Part shown: positions 13,901-25,500 of the stretch, in pieces
How positions within the stretch are numbered: the first letter of the stretch is position 1
How the letters are laid out: each line of letters begins with the position of its first letter
Source: Ostrea edulis
Taxonomy: Eukaryota
Assembly: GCF_947568905.1 (NCBI RefSeq)
Contig: NC_079166.1
Location: 2,170,001-2,234,000, forward strand
Length of the DNA: 64,000 nucleotides
Direction of reading: 5' to 3'
Program-made: the position numbers and the translations under genes
The notes under the pieces: generated by a model
The model's database searches: none
What the model saw: the letters and a program-made list of their open reading frames with translations, nothing else
What the model was told of the DNA's origin: nothing

Positions 13901-15335
13901 CAAAGAAAAATTGCACAAAAGTTTCCTTTATGTAATGAAGATTCAAAATTTTCTTAACCAAGAGTTTCTTAATGTTTTAAATTTTAAAGAGACACTCAGC
14001 TTAAAATTAAGAGATGAGATTTTGGGGGAAATAAATTCTCATTTCGTCTTTACTTCAGCTGATGTTGACTTATTGAAATATACATGCAATAAACACAAGT
14101 GCTATTGATGATCTGTCGAAATAAAATTGAATGTACAAAGGTAAAGTTGGAATATTAAAAATTTAAAAGCAACCAATCAGAATTGCCCCAAGTGATTTAT
14201 AAGACGTTAGTAAAACCAATAAAAGCACAACTGTGCCGGCGTTCTCATGGGAGAAAATTTGATATGCATAATGTATAAGTAATTTAGTAGAATGTTCATA
14301 CAAGATGGTCTCCTCAGATTTTATTATCAATGATTCTTAAAGGTGACAAATTGTCAAACAAAACTTTTAACAGGAAATTTAACAAAATTTTAATGTACAA
14401 TGTATCCTGAAGAAATACCTTTAATTCACCTTTATAATGCAAAACTAAACATATATTTTCAGAAACCAGAGGACGTGCCAGAAACTTTTTCCCAGGATTC
14501 TGATGTAGGGAAAATGTTGAACGATAGCTGGTCCCCTCACCACATAAGTCTGACTTGCAACGGAGAGGTAAATCATATTCTTACCCTGTCTGTCCCCATT
14601 TCTTGTGTGCAAATAATAATGTCCTGTTTTCGATGAAAATTTTGAATACCCGATTATTTTGATAAAATGAAAGTTTGTACCTGTTGTATTTAATTTTTTA
14701 TAATTTTTTATTTATTTTCTATGAATTTGAAATCTGATATTTATTATCATATAATTTGAACAGTGGTGTTAATTAATCTATTCTAATAATCATAGATTCA
14801 AGCCAAGAGTCTTTTTAAATTGGTGTGAACTCATCAATATGATATCGCGATTATTACTTATTTTAATCGATAAAGCTAAAGAAAGTGTATGTTTGTGTTG
14901 TGTTACCTGTGTAGGAGAATTGCTTGAATGACTTTAAAATCTCCCAAACTATCTGGTTTGTTGCCATATGGTTCTACAGTTGTTGTCCTTTTGAAAGTAT
15001 TGCATTCAATTTTTCTCTCTATGCAGACGGAGGCAGACAGGAAGTACATTGGTCCGGATCGATGGTATGCCCCAGTCCTGGACAAAAACCATCCAGTTAT
15101 GAGAGAGAAACCAATTCAGAATTTTCCCACCTACGGATTCAACCTAACCTATTTCCCTCAGAAAAACCCATCTAGTTACATCCCTCCGTCCGTCATGGTC
15201 CAGTTCAACACGATAATGACCAATCACGTCATTCGGATCAAATGTGTTGCTTGGGTGGCGAATCCGGATAAAGGAGAAAATCCAGAAGAGTCAGAAATCT
15301 ATACTGCCCATTTCCGGTTTTTAATCACAAAGTAG
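4212..15335 (+). CDS. Na+/K+-ATPase beta-subunit-like type II membrane protein, 333 aa; exons 4212-4515, 11876-11983, 13041-13216, 14463-14567, 15027-15335
   Basis: Five GT-AG exons join in phase (1002 nt). There is a single N-terminal TM helix and beta-family motifs GLFFQP, NYGYLEGRPCILL, VMVQF and IKCVAW, with six ectodomain cysteines in the three canonical pairs. Confidence 0.88.
5215..5745. repeat. 67-bp minisatellite, about 8 copies, in intron 1 of the beta-subunit-like gene
   Basis: Unit aatgctagagtgtaaacagctagccttcctctgagttatagttccaacacagagactagtctacctt, period 67. Confidence 0.95.
7941..7978. repeat. (GA)n microsatellite
   Basis: Uninterrupted GA run. Confidence 0.95.
11215..11810. 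repeat. Degenerate ~36-bp tandem array split by a SINE insertion
   Basis: aaaataaactggatcattggagaatcc-like units on both sides of the SINE at 11383-11629. Confidence 0.8.
11383..11629 (-). mobile_element. SINE-like element, same family as 2795-3062
   Basis: (gatt)n end plus the shared body gaagggctgcaaaa.ttaggcctatgctcggcgc. Confidence 0.8.
13261..13629. mobile_element. MITE with 91-bp TIRs and 9-bp TSD (Mutator/MULE-like)
   Basis: Near-perfect inverted arms 13261-13351 and 13539-13629. TSD ttttacttc at 13252-13260 and 13630-13638. Confidence 0.9.
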
Positions 15336-18300
15336 TGTCATTCATTTAGAGATGGGGATATTTTAAGAATGGAATTTTCGGGGTTATTATAAAGATGGAG
15401 ATGTCAGTTTTCACTACAATTTTTCGCTGTATCTGATTGCCTATGTTCTGTGTTGTGTAATGGCTTGGATTCATTTCAATCACATTTTTAAAATATCCAG
15501 ATGACAAAAAACTAATTTTTACGTCTTGGGGGGGGGGGGGGGGGGGGGGGGTTCATTAGATCCGCTAACATTATCGAGGTTTATACAATTCTAAGAAAAG
15601 ATGAAACATTTTTTATACTTGTACCTGGAATAGTTTATGAGCTATTTTTATATCCCGTGTGTTATCTTCAAATCATCAATAACTTGATTCATTGATTAAG
15701 ATTATGATCTATTTGTGGTAAAAACATTTTGATATAGGCATCATGTTAATAATATTTATAGCTCATTTTGCTATCAGTATTTCAGTTCCTGTTTTGTTAC
15801 AGTACTCACACGTAAAACCAAACCTGGACTAGTGAATTTGATAATGTATTCTGGTTATAAATTTTATTGTTATTTTTATGTATATGAAATATAAGTTAAT
15901 TAGACAACCATATGCACTCACTTCCTTAGCAAGTGTCTTTAGTATAGACAACAAAATTCTGTACCAAGTCCAGATTGTGGTCTTATTTGCAAGCTGCTAT
16001 GTTAAAACAAGCCACAGAGTATTAATTTTATTTCTGTGACATTGTGATGTATATATGTTCAGTATGGTGTATTTTTTATATAAACACACATACAAAATTT
16101 ATGTACTTTTCAACATTTCTACAAATCATTTTTCATGGCATATACACATTTTTTCTATTTATAACATACAAGTTCAGTACGTAGTTGCTACAAAGGAATG
16201 GTTGTAAATTTCAGGTGTGAATTACACGTGTACATCTAGATAAGTTTTACATACACCCGTGTTTGTGAGTTTATATATGATCATTGATCCTTACTTAGTG
16301 CAATCTACATGTATCTATATTCCAGTCCAGAGGTATGTATTTTTGTATGAACATGTGAAGTTCAGAGTAATGTATAAGGATATATATATATATTCAGATC
16401 TTGTGTGCTGTCTGACCGTCCCTATATCACGAATATTGGTATATTCTGTCATAGTCTTATAATGCTCACAGTATTTGCCAGAATAATTGCCCAAACAGCT
16501 TTAAAAAGGTGGGTGAATGAAGCCATTTATAAGATTTACAGATTGAAAATTTGTTTGCTAGAAGTTGCTTCTATTATGATAATGGATAAATGAATATTTT
16601 CATACTCTCTCATAACTATGAATTAATGCTCTTGTTCCACCGCCAGGAGTACTGAAATGTGAATACTGCAAAAATAATTACACATACAAACCTAAATAAA
16701 CAAAACTTCATTTACATGTAGATATGGTTGGGTATTTTGGTAAAGTTAATGATATAAGGGGCATTTATGATTAAATTGGTGATATAAGGAGCATTTATGG
16801 AGTTTGAAGATATCAACAATGGGAATTATTAAGATTTTGACAGTAAAAGGGGCAAATACGGTATTTAAGAAGTGCCTTTATCCAGACACATAAGTAATGG
16901 GAGACTAGCAACTTTTCAAATCATTATATTGCAGAGTTTGATACTTATTAATGAATCCTAACTTCATAGTAATTATATCTTTTAATTTTCATGTATAATT
17001 CATGCAAATTTCTAAACAAGAATTTTAAAAAATTAAGATATAATATAAAATATACCCTTTTAAAGAAATTTGAAGGACAACAAAACTGGGAGTGGGCCAT
17101 ATTGATAAGTTTTCAGGAAATTTTCACGATTAAGTTGTTAAATTTGCTGAACATACGTTTGTTTATTTCATTAAAATATCTGTTAAATTTAATTCTGTTT
17201 CATTCAAGGGAATGAAAATGAAATTTAGAAATGATGCTGGGTCTGTTGTGCATCTTTAAAAGGTCAGCCTGCGTACTAGCCCCATTATTGATGTCTCTGA
17301 TTTAACTGAAAGTATTTTTACACATCCTGGTTCTACTTAGAAGTTATAAGGCTGCAAGTCTTACATACATGTACCAAATTGGAGAAAAACATCGGACAGA
17401 ATTTTTCATTTCCTGTGAATCAAATCAGACATGTTTAGTACTGCTTGGTTGTAAAAAAAACAAAACAATTTTTGAATTCATTTTATATTTCGTATTTTCA
17501 TACATGTACATCTACACGAAATTTGAACAGGATTTTTATTCTGCTGGTGTACGTTTTGTTTTGTTTTTTGTGTCACAATCACTGTTTTTCAGAGGATTTA
17601 AAAACAAAAAACATTCCATTCATAACAAGTATATTCAAAACATTCCATATTAAAATTACTGTTTTAAAATGCCATTAATGAGAGTTTTAAATAAATTAAA
17701 TCCAAGAGTTTCCAAGTGAAATACTCATTGATTGTAAAATGACTGATACACAATCAAGTTTTAAATAATCCTTGCAATAGTTATTCAATAATTTGTCTAT
17801 CGAATTTTTTGTAAACATGTCAACTTGACCAAAACCAGTGTGAGCTACAAAAATCTTACTGGTGTTGAGTATGGAATTGTATCACATTCTTATATGGAAA
17901 AATTAAACTGTGTGTATCTCGTTTTCCTAAATCGTATTTTGTATGGTTGTGTATTTTTTATTTGAAAATGTTCTAATTTTTTTAATGGTCATGATCTGTT
18001 ATGAAAGTGATTTATTTTTTTGTTACTCACATTTATTGTCAAATAAAGTTGTTAAAATAAAACGTCTTTGAATCTTTTCTCGGATGTAAAGAAATGAAGC
18101 AGCATTATTTAATTTGTAGAACATTCATGTGCATGAAATTTTTAAAGGGTCATCATGTCAAGAATATGTAGGTCGTAAGGAGTAGATGAACCCTATATAT
18201 TTTGGGTTTACATGGTCAAAGGTCAAGTCTAATTTTAGTGTCAAACTGGACAGAGTATTAATATATTGTCTCCTCCATTTACTTGATTGACACTAAACTT

Positions 18301-18989
18301 GTTACACTGCTACATCAGATGATCATTTGTAGCTCACCAATCACACAATTGTGAAAACTGCATTTTCGAATTAAAGGGTTTGGAAGGGCTTAATGGATTG
18401 AATAGTTCATGAATTCTTTGCAAAAGGGGATTTGGTAACAGAACCATGTGTTTGTAACACTGAGCTTGTAGACACATGTTCAATTTGATATTTCGCATGT
18501 AGCTTTGATATAAAAAGAGAAAGAATTGATTTCGGTGTTTAAAGGTCAAGGTCACTACGGGACTTCATAGAAATAAAACCAAGTCTTACATTTTCTGATT
18601 GCCTACATTATGAGGGGATGTCCTGCTTTGTGGAAATTTAATTTAAAAATTGTCTTCATATGATTCTTGAACATCAAACAATTTCAATATAACTCGGCAC
18701 ATGATGGCAATAATGAGGAGAGAAGCCTCTGCCTCTCATGTCCTCTGGGTCAGTGACTTTACTGCTTGGGCAGGGCTGTATCATTCATATAGTGAATGTG
18801 CAACATTTCTCTGAAAATTCTTCTGATAGTTATGACACCAAAAAAAAAAAAACTGAACTTAAACCTCTGGAACAGAGTCAAACTGCATAGTATATTGGGA
18901 TGGAGCAAATTTCTCTTTAAGAACTCAAGCACCACGATAGAGCTATCTCAATCATTTACTTTAGTGAGAGAAAAAAATCAAATATAAAT

Positions 18990-19143
18990 TTAGCGATCAG
19001 CTGGGCTCAATTGCTGATGGCTAGATAGCACTACTGGTAGAGCACCTGACTAGGGATGAAGGAGGTCCGGGCTCAAATCCCAGTCTGGTCCATTGCATTT
19101 TTCCCTTCCTGTTACATTTGGTGCCGTGACCAGGATTCGAACC
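18990..19143 (+). mobile_element. Single LTR with embedded tRNA-like unit followed by a tRNA-His PBS (Helenus-type TRIM fragment)
   Basis: 72-nt cloverleaf-like segment at 19019-19090 with degenerate A and B boxes. LTR-like end TGTTACA at 19116, 2-nt spacer, then TGGTGCCGTGACCAGGAT(TCGAACC), complementary to a CCA-ended tRNA 3' end resembling tRNA-His. Confidence 0.65.
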
Positions 19144-19699
19144 TGTGTTGCAATCTTCTCCTTTACTCCATAACAAAGTTCATTAACAGAGGAATATGTC
19201 TGCATGTCCTGCTCTTCCCTTCCACTTTGATTAAAGGTAACAATGTTGTAATAAAGAAACATTAGAAGCAACATGCATGTACCACTATTTGGCACAATTT
19301 GGCTTATCATTAGATGATGTGTAAAGATGGATTACAAACTCAAGCCCATTCCATTCTCCAGGTTTGAAAGACGTGCAACGTTTGTTCTAGAGTTTGTATG
19401 TGTTAATCAGGTGACCAGTAACACCAATCGGCCACTTGTTCCAAATCACTTGATAAATTGTCCACTAACAAGAGTTGTCTGATGCCAGCTGCATTTTTCT
19501 ATGTTTCTATGTAACTTCTCATTGATCTTTTGAATAAAACCAGCACTTAATTAATTTATTTATTTATTCTTATTCTCAGCAGTCCTTACGGAAATACTCC
19601 ATCCATCACAATATTGTGTTAAAATGTATTTTCGTTGTCATATTAAACTTTTAAATAGTCAAAAATGATGCATACATTCATGTGTATCACTGATATACA

Positions 19700-20415
19700 A
19701 TACAACAGAGGTCAACCAATCGTATCACTGATTACAATACAAAACAATCACACACAAAAACAACAGAGGTCAACCAATCGTATCACTGATTACAATACAA
19801 AACAATCGCACACAAACACAACAGAGGTCAACCAATCGTATCACTGATTACAATACAAAACAATCACACACAAAAACAACAGAGGTCAACCAATCGTATC
19901 ACTGATTACAATACAAAACAATCACACACAAAAACAACAGAGGTCAACCAATCGTATCACTGATTACAATACAAAACAATCGCACACAAAAACAACAGAG
20001 GTCAACCAATCGTATCACTGATTACAATACAAAACAATCACACACAAACACAACAGAGGTCAACCAATCGTATCACTGATTACAATACAAAACAATCACA
20101 CACAAAAACAACAGAGGTCAACCAATCGTATCACTGATTACAATACAAAACAATCACACACAAAAACAACAGAGGTCAACCAATCGTATCACTGATTACA
20201 ATACAAAACAATCACACACAAAAACAACAGAGGTCAACCAATCGTATCACTGATTACAATACAAAACAGTCACACACAAAAACAACAGAGGTCAACCAAT
20301 CGTATCACTGATTACAATACAAAACAATCACACACAAACACAACAGAGGTCAACCAATCGTATCACTGATTACAATACAAAACAATCGCACACAAAAACA
20401 ACAGAGGTCAACCAA
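19700..20415. repeat. 58-bp minisatellite, about 12-13 copies
   Basis: Unit caacagaggtcaaccaatcgtatcactgattacaatacaaaacaatcacacacaaaaa, period 58. Confidence 0.95.
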
Positions 20416-20605
20416 TCTCGGTGTTCACACTGTAACATTATAATCAACGTGGGTTTTTTTTTTATTTAAGAACCTTTGTCTATACAAGACAAATCAGGTA
20501 TAAGCAGCACAGATGTAAAATAAAAATTTTCTATATATAATAAAAATAATCATAGTAATTACAAATGTATTTTATCTTGTGAATCTTTGAAACATACAAC
20601 CAATA

Positions 20606-20924
20606 CACGTATCAACACTTCGCGAAAGTTACGTCCCTTGTCCGCCATCTCCCGGATAAAAATCGTATTTCCCTACGTTGGCCTTTGTAATTTTCCTATC
20701 TGTAGCTTTGACATCTGTTATTTTTCCATCAATTGCAGTTAACTACAATATGCCACAGATTGGGGCAACCCATTAACTTGTATGAAAACTTGGTAATTGG
20801 CTAAAATTCAAAGTAATAACATCTTACATTTGGTAAGGTAAAGAAGGAAAACTTGGTTTTTCACTGATTGACCTTTGGCTGACCCCGTAAAGGGACGTAA
20901 CTCGTGGCGAAGTGTTGATACATG
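20606..20924. mobile_element. MITE with ~35-bp TIRs, TA-flanked (Tc1/mariner-like)
   Basis: cacgtatcaacacttcgcgaaagttacgtccctt versus aagggacgtaactcgtggcgaagtgttgatacatg, with TA on both sides. Confidence 0.7.
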
Positions 20925-21327
20925 TATTGCTGGGGACAAACAGTTTTTTTTTTTTATAAATGTAATTCATTATATTCAGTATGTATGTTTTTATAACCAC
21001 AGGGAATGAAAATCACTTTGCTGTAAGTGTGAATTATTATAAGCATGTTTGCTGTAACATTTGCTATAAATCTGCATGTGGAACGACCATCAACAGAACC
21101 ACTCCTTATACTTTACATCTATATATTCCCATTAAAAAAGAATAATTTCTCCACCATTCATAAATCTATAGTTAACTCTTAGTGTTGCACTACACAAACA
21201 CACGCACGACACATATACTAAATACATGGATAAATTCATAATGTCTCCACATCAAAATGAGATCCTCATAAAGTCATTGCACAAAATGAAATGGCACTAT
21301 AAGATTGACTGGAATGTGTACATGGCT

Positions 21328-22287
21328 AAGTAGAGGACAATTGGGCCACATTGCTCACCTGAGCACTTAAATCTAAACAGACTTCTGCCGCTGTATGATG
21401 ATGTAGCCCTTTTACCCACAGCATTTGGACTTTACCATCTTTCCCATTGTTATATATCATTTTAGCTTACCACAGATAGTTCTTATAAAAGCTGATATTC
21501 TATGACTATCGAATCAAGAATAAAAACAAGTAAAAAATTCCGATGAATAAGGGGTAAAATATTCTCTTTTCGAAAGGTTTATAATCCTAAAATCCATTTC
21601 TTTTTTAAATTACAATTTTAAATATTCGAAAATTATTTAGATTTTTTGTTTTTTGTTTCAGTAATTCATGTACATGAATGTACAACCATTAATGCATGCT
21701 TCTTTATCATCGACAAAACACAGTAAAAACAAATTACTGTTCATTCAGTCAATGAAACTGCGTTAAGTATGTGATTGTGGGCAAGAATGTTCTTATATTC
21801 TTTGAACCTCTCCTGTGACTCCATCCAGATTCCGAATATCATGTTGTGAACAAACTATAAACTACATCAGGCTGCTTGAATATTAGTCCCATTGTGCCCC
21901 ATTCTAGCCCTGGGCTGCCCGGGGGCAGGATTGCTTGAATATTAGTCCCATGGCATTGTGCCTCACTCTAGCCCTAGGCTGCCCGGGGGCTCATACTTTG
22001 AACAAACATAAATCTTCATAAAGTAAGGAAGGTTTCAATGAAACAAGTTTCGATGGGTTCAGTGGTTCTCAAGAGGAGAGAACTATTTCCCCGGGGAGTG
22101 GGACATGACCTTAAATCCGAACGTCCTTTACCAGATGCCTTGTGGCAAGTTTGGTCGAGACTGATATTCAGTTCTTAAGAAGATGAAAGTGTGAAGCATT
22201 TATGCCAGACAAAAAAGACACTGGACAAAACTTGATCAGAAAACCTTGACTGAGCCTTTGACTCGGATGAACTAAAAAGTAAAAAGT
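21328..22287 (+). mobile_element. Degenerate Helentron-like (HINE-type) element
   Basis: Start agaggac..ttgggccacattgctcacctgag and end gatcagaaaa...gagccttt...gaactaaaaa resemble the terminal architecture of the element at 57433. Confidence 0.6.
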
Positions 22288-22565
22288 ACATATCTGAACA
22301 TACTGGTTTCTTTATAATGAGGTAAAATGTAAATTACAGTAAAGTACATGTAAACTACAGTAATTTTTCTTTAAATGTAATTGGGGGGGGGTGGGGGTGG
22401 GGGGGTGGGGGGGGGGGGGGGGCTCAGTCTTCTTAACTAAGGAATAATACCCTATACTACATCTAAATACTATATTCTCATTCATGACTGTGACTGGAAG
22501 ACATAGTTACATACACATTTCTCTTGTACAAGCACTCGTAAAAATACTGTTCATTGTGTTTTTGA

Positions 22566-25500
22566 TTAAGATATAATCTTTTCTCCAACGATTTCAAACT
22601 GCCCTTGTAGGATATTGGAAGGAACGGTCACTTTCTGGTCCGGCTGCTGACCACCAGCATAGAGTTGAATATATCCTGCAAAAAAAAACCATAAAACTTC
22701 AGAACGTTGAATAATTCACTCCATTTTATCGGTGACCTTGACACTTATTCTCACAATGAGACTGAAGGTTGACATGACCATGCTTCCATTTAACTGGAAC
22801 TTTGAGTGCCTAAGTGGGACAGAGTGGACCTACAGTCAGTGAGGAAGACGATAAAATGTATCAAAAGTGGCTTCTCTTTAAATATATAAATGTGAGAAAT
22901 ACAAAATACCATCAAAAGAAATGTTTTACTGAAGTGGAAACAATGTCATATTTGCAAGTAATATCTTAGATATGGTATTTATGACCAACGAAATTATGTG
23001 ATAAAATAAGAATTTCATGTATTTAATTTGATTAATTAATTTAATTATCACTTACTTAGTTTGTGTATCAATCGAATTTGGGTGATGAAACAGCGGATGA
23101 GAAACTTACTGAGCACATGATGAATATCTGTCCCACTCACGCATGTAAACAAATTGTTTCACACCTTACTATATACTATAGAGTCCTCTAAAGGGAAACA
23201 ACTCTGACGCATCTCAAAACTAGCGTGTTGAAATATTTACTATATCCAGAATACCAGAGAATAACGGTGACAGCTGTTGTACCTTGCTCGATGACGAATC
23301 CTACGCCGTCCCGCCACACCGCCATGCTCTGTGGAAGTATGGCAGTGCTGATGTCTACGTACTGCTGGCTTTTGATGAAGACCCTCTCAAACGCCACCAG
23401 CTGGACACGGGGCATCCTCTCTTTTGTCGACAACCATTTTATGTATACTTGAAATACCTAAATATGTGAGATAGATTTGATCTCCTTCTCATTTTGACTT
23501 CATGACATCAAATTATAATACTGCAAACAATGCTACACCCTCAAACTCTTACCTCATCCCCATCGAAAGGACCGCTGTTGAACAACCTGACCTGTACAAC
23601 ATTTGGAGCCCCGGCTTGGATCTTGGTAAGGAAGTAAAGCTTACTATACACGAAGGTGGAATAGGAGAGTCCGTAACCAAAGGGATACAGGGGTACCCCC
23701 GTGAAGTAGCGGTAGGTCCTCCTGTTCATCGAGTAGTCCGTCATGGAGGGAATCTATAAGCAACATCCTTTGACTTCATCTTCATCAAGTTGACAAGTAT
23801 TCAATATACATGTATGTCATAGACTGAAGATAACCTGCATTAAGTTAATCACTAAAGAGAGGTTTTAAAAGTTAAGATTTCTTGGTTTTTATATGATGTA
23901 AGGGACCTTGGGAAGTCATGGCTTTGAGTTCCAGTCATATCTTGGCAGAATGTTTGTCTTGGATGCAGAGGAATAAATAGTGACTGCTCTTTTGCCAAAA
24001 CTCTCAGCTCATACAGGTGAAAGTCACGAGTCTTAAAGATGAGATCTTAAAAACTGAGGTCCCGTGTCACGGCATGATAAAGAACCCTCAAATCTACAGC
24101 CCTGGGGCCCGTCTTACAAAAACAACTTACAACAAAGCCGCAAGTCTTAAATTGTATTACACATGCAGTTATTACTTGTAATGAATAAAGTAAAACTTTT
24201 CTAAGGCTTAATTTTCAAAATTTTTAAAAATACATTTTGCATTTGGAGTGAATTATCTTACAATAAACTTGAAAATTCCAGTATGTAAAGTTGGTCTTAA
24301 ATTCTTTTGTAAAACGCGTCCCAGAATGTCTTTTGCGGTACTACAGCTAATGACGTCCTGATGTGAGTGAAAAATTCTCAAAAGGACGTTAAAAAAATCC
24401 AAATAACATTTTGCTAGGGGGAAAAGATCTAATCATAAAATTGTCCTTTACACAGAAACACCTCTGTAATTGCTAACTCACGCTTTAATATTTACAATGT
24501 TGTCCTTTACACAGAAACACCTCTGTAATTGCTAACTCACGCTTTAATATTTACAATGTTGTCCTTTACACAGAAACACCTCTGTAATTGCTAACTCGCG
24601 CTTTAATATTTACAATGTGGCTACAGCAAATTACAACCTCACCTGTTCAGCATATTTGTACCATGTGTATGGTAGTCTCCCTGCCGGATTAAACCGCCCG
24701 TCCTTCATAATCAGTGCCTCTTTGATGGCTTCTCCTGCGGCCTGGGCGGGAAAGAAACACTGGATAATGATTAGCACGCTCTCGCTCTCCTCCGCCCAGC
24801 TGATGTTTAATGGCCCCGCAGAGAACACCAGAAGATACACAGTCTTGTCGGCTGAAGAAAAAAAATTGAACATATTTCTATTATTTGAACATATTACCTA
24901 AACATATTTATATAACTTGAACATATTTTTATTATTTGAGCATATTTTTATTATTTGAACATATCAATATCATCTAAACATATTTTTATTATTTGAACAT
25001 ATCAATATTATATATGAATTACATATTTTTATTATTTGAACATATTTATATCATTTGAACATATATCTAATATGAAATTGACTAAGCAGATAATATTACA
25101 TGTACTAAAAAGTAGTGAAATTTTGGAACACAGCATTGATTATTTTTCACTTCAGCTAACACGTCCACATTTCTGCTGGACATTCCTTGTATATATAGTC
25201 TTCCAGAATCATCTACAGAATCAGCGCAAGACAAAGCTTACTCATTGACACAACATCCTGGAGAAGTTGTAGCTGTTTCCCTGGTAACGACATATTCTTC
25301 CTGTCAACGTTCTCTCTTTCCAACTCTTTACCTGTTCAACATCAATATGATATCATTAAGGAAATCGTTGATGTAGAGTAAGTTACAGTAACCAAAAACT
25401 GTATTTGTTTATTATAATATGTATGCAAAGGACAATCAAAGATGAGAGAACTGATTTCTGAATATCTTAAATGTTTCACATGAATATAGAGTCAAACCTC

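Noticed and set aside
19019-19090. Functional tRNA gene
   Set aside because: The T-loop is degenerate (CTCAAAT), the anticodon stem is mismatched, and the LTR-end/PBS context points to a retroelement.
19700-20415. CRISPR-like appearance of the 58- and 67-bp arrays (also 5215-5745 and 25698-26240)
   Set aside because: Units are head-to-tail with no unique spacers, there are no cas genes, and the context is eukaryotic.
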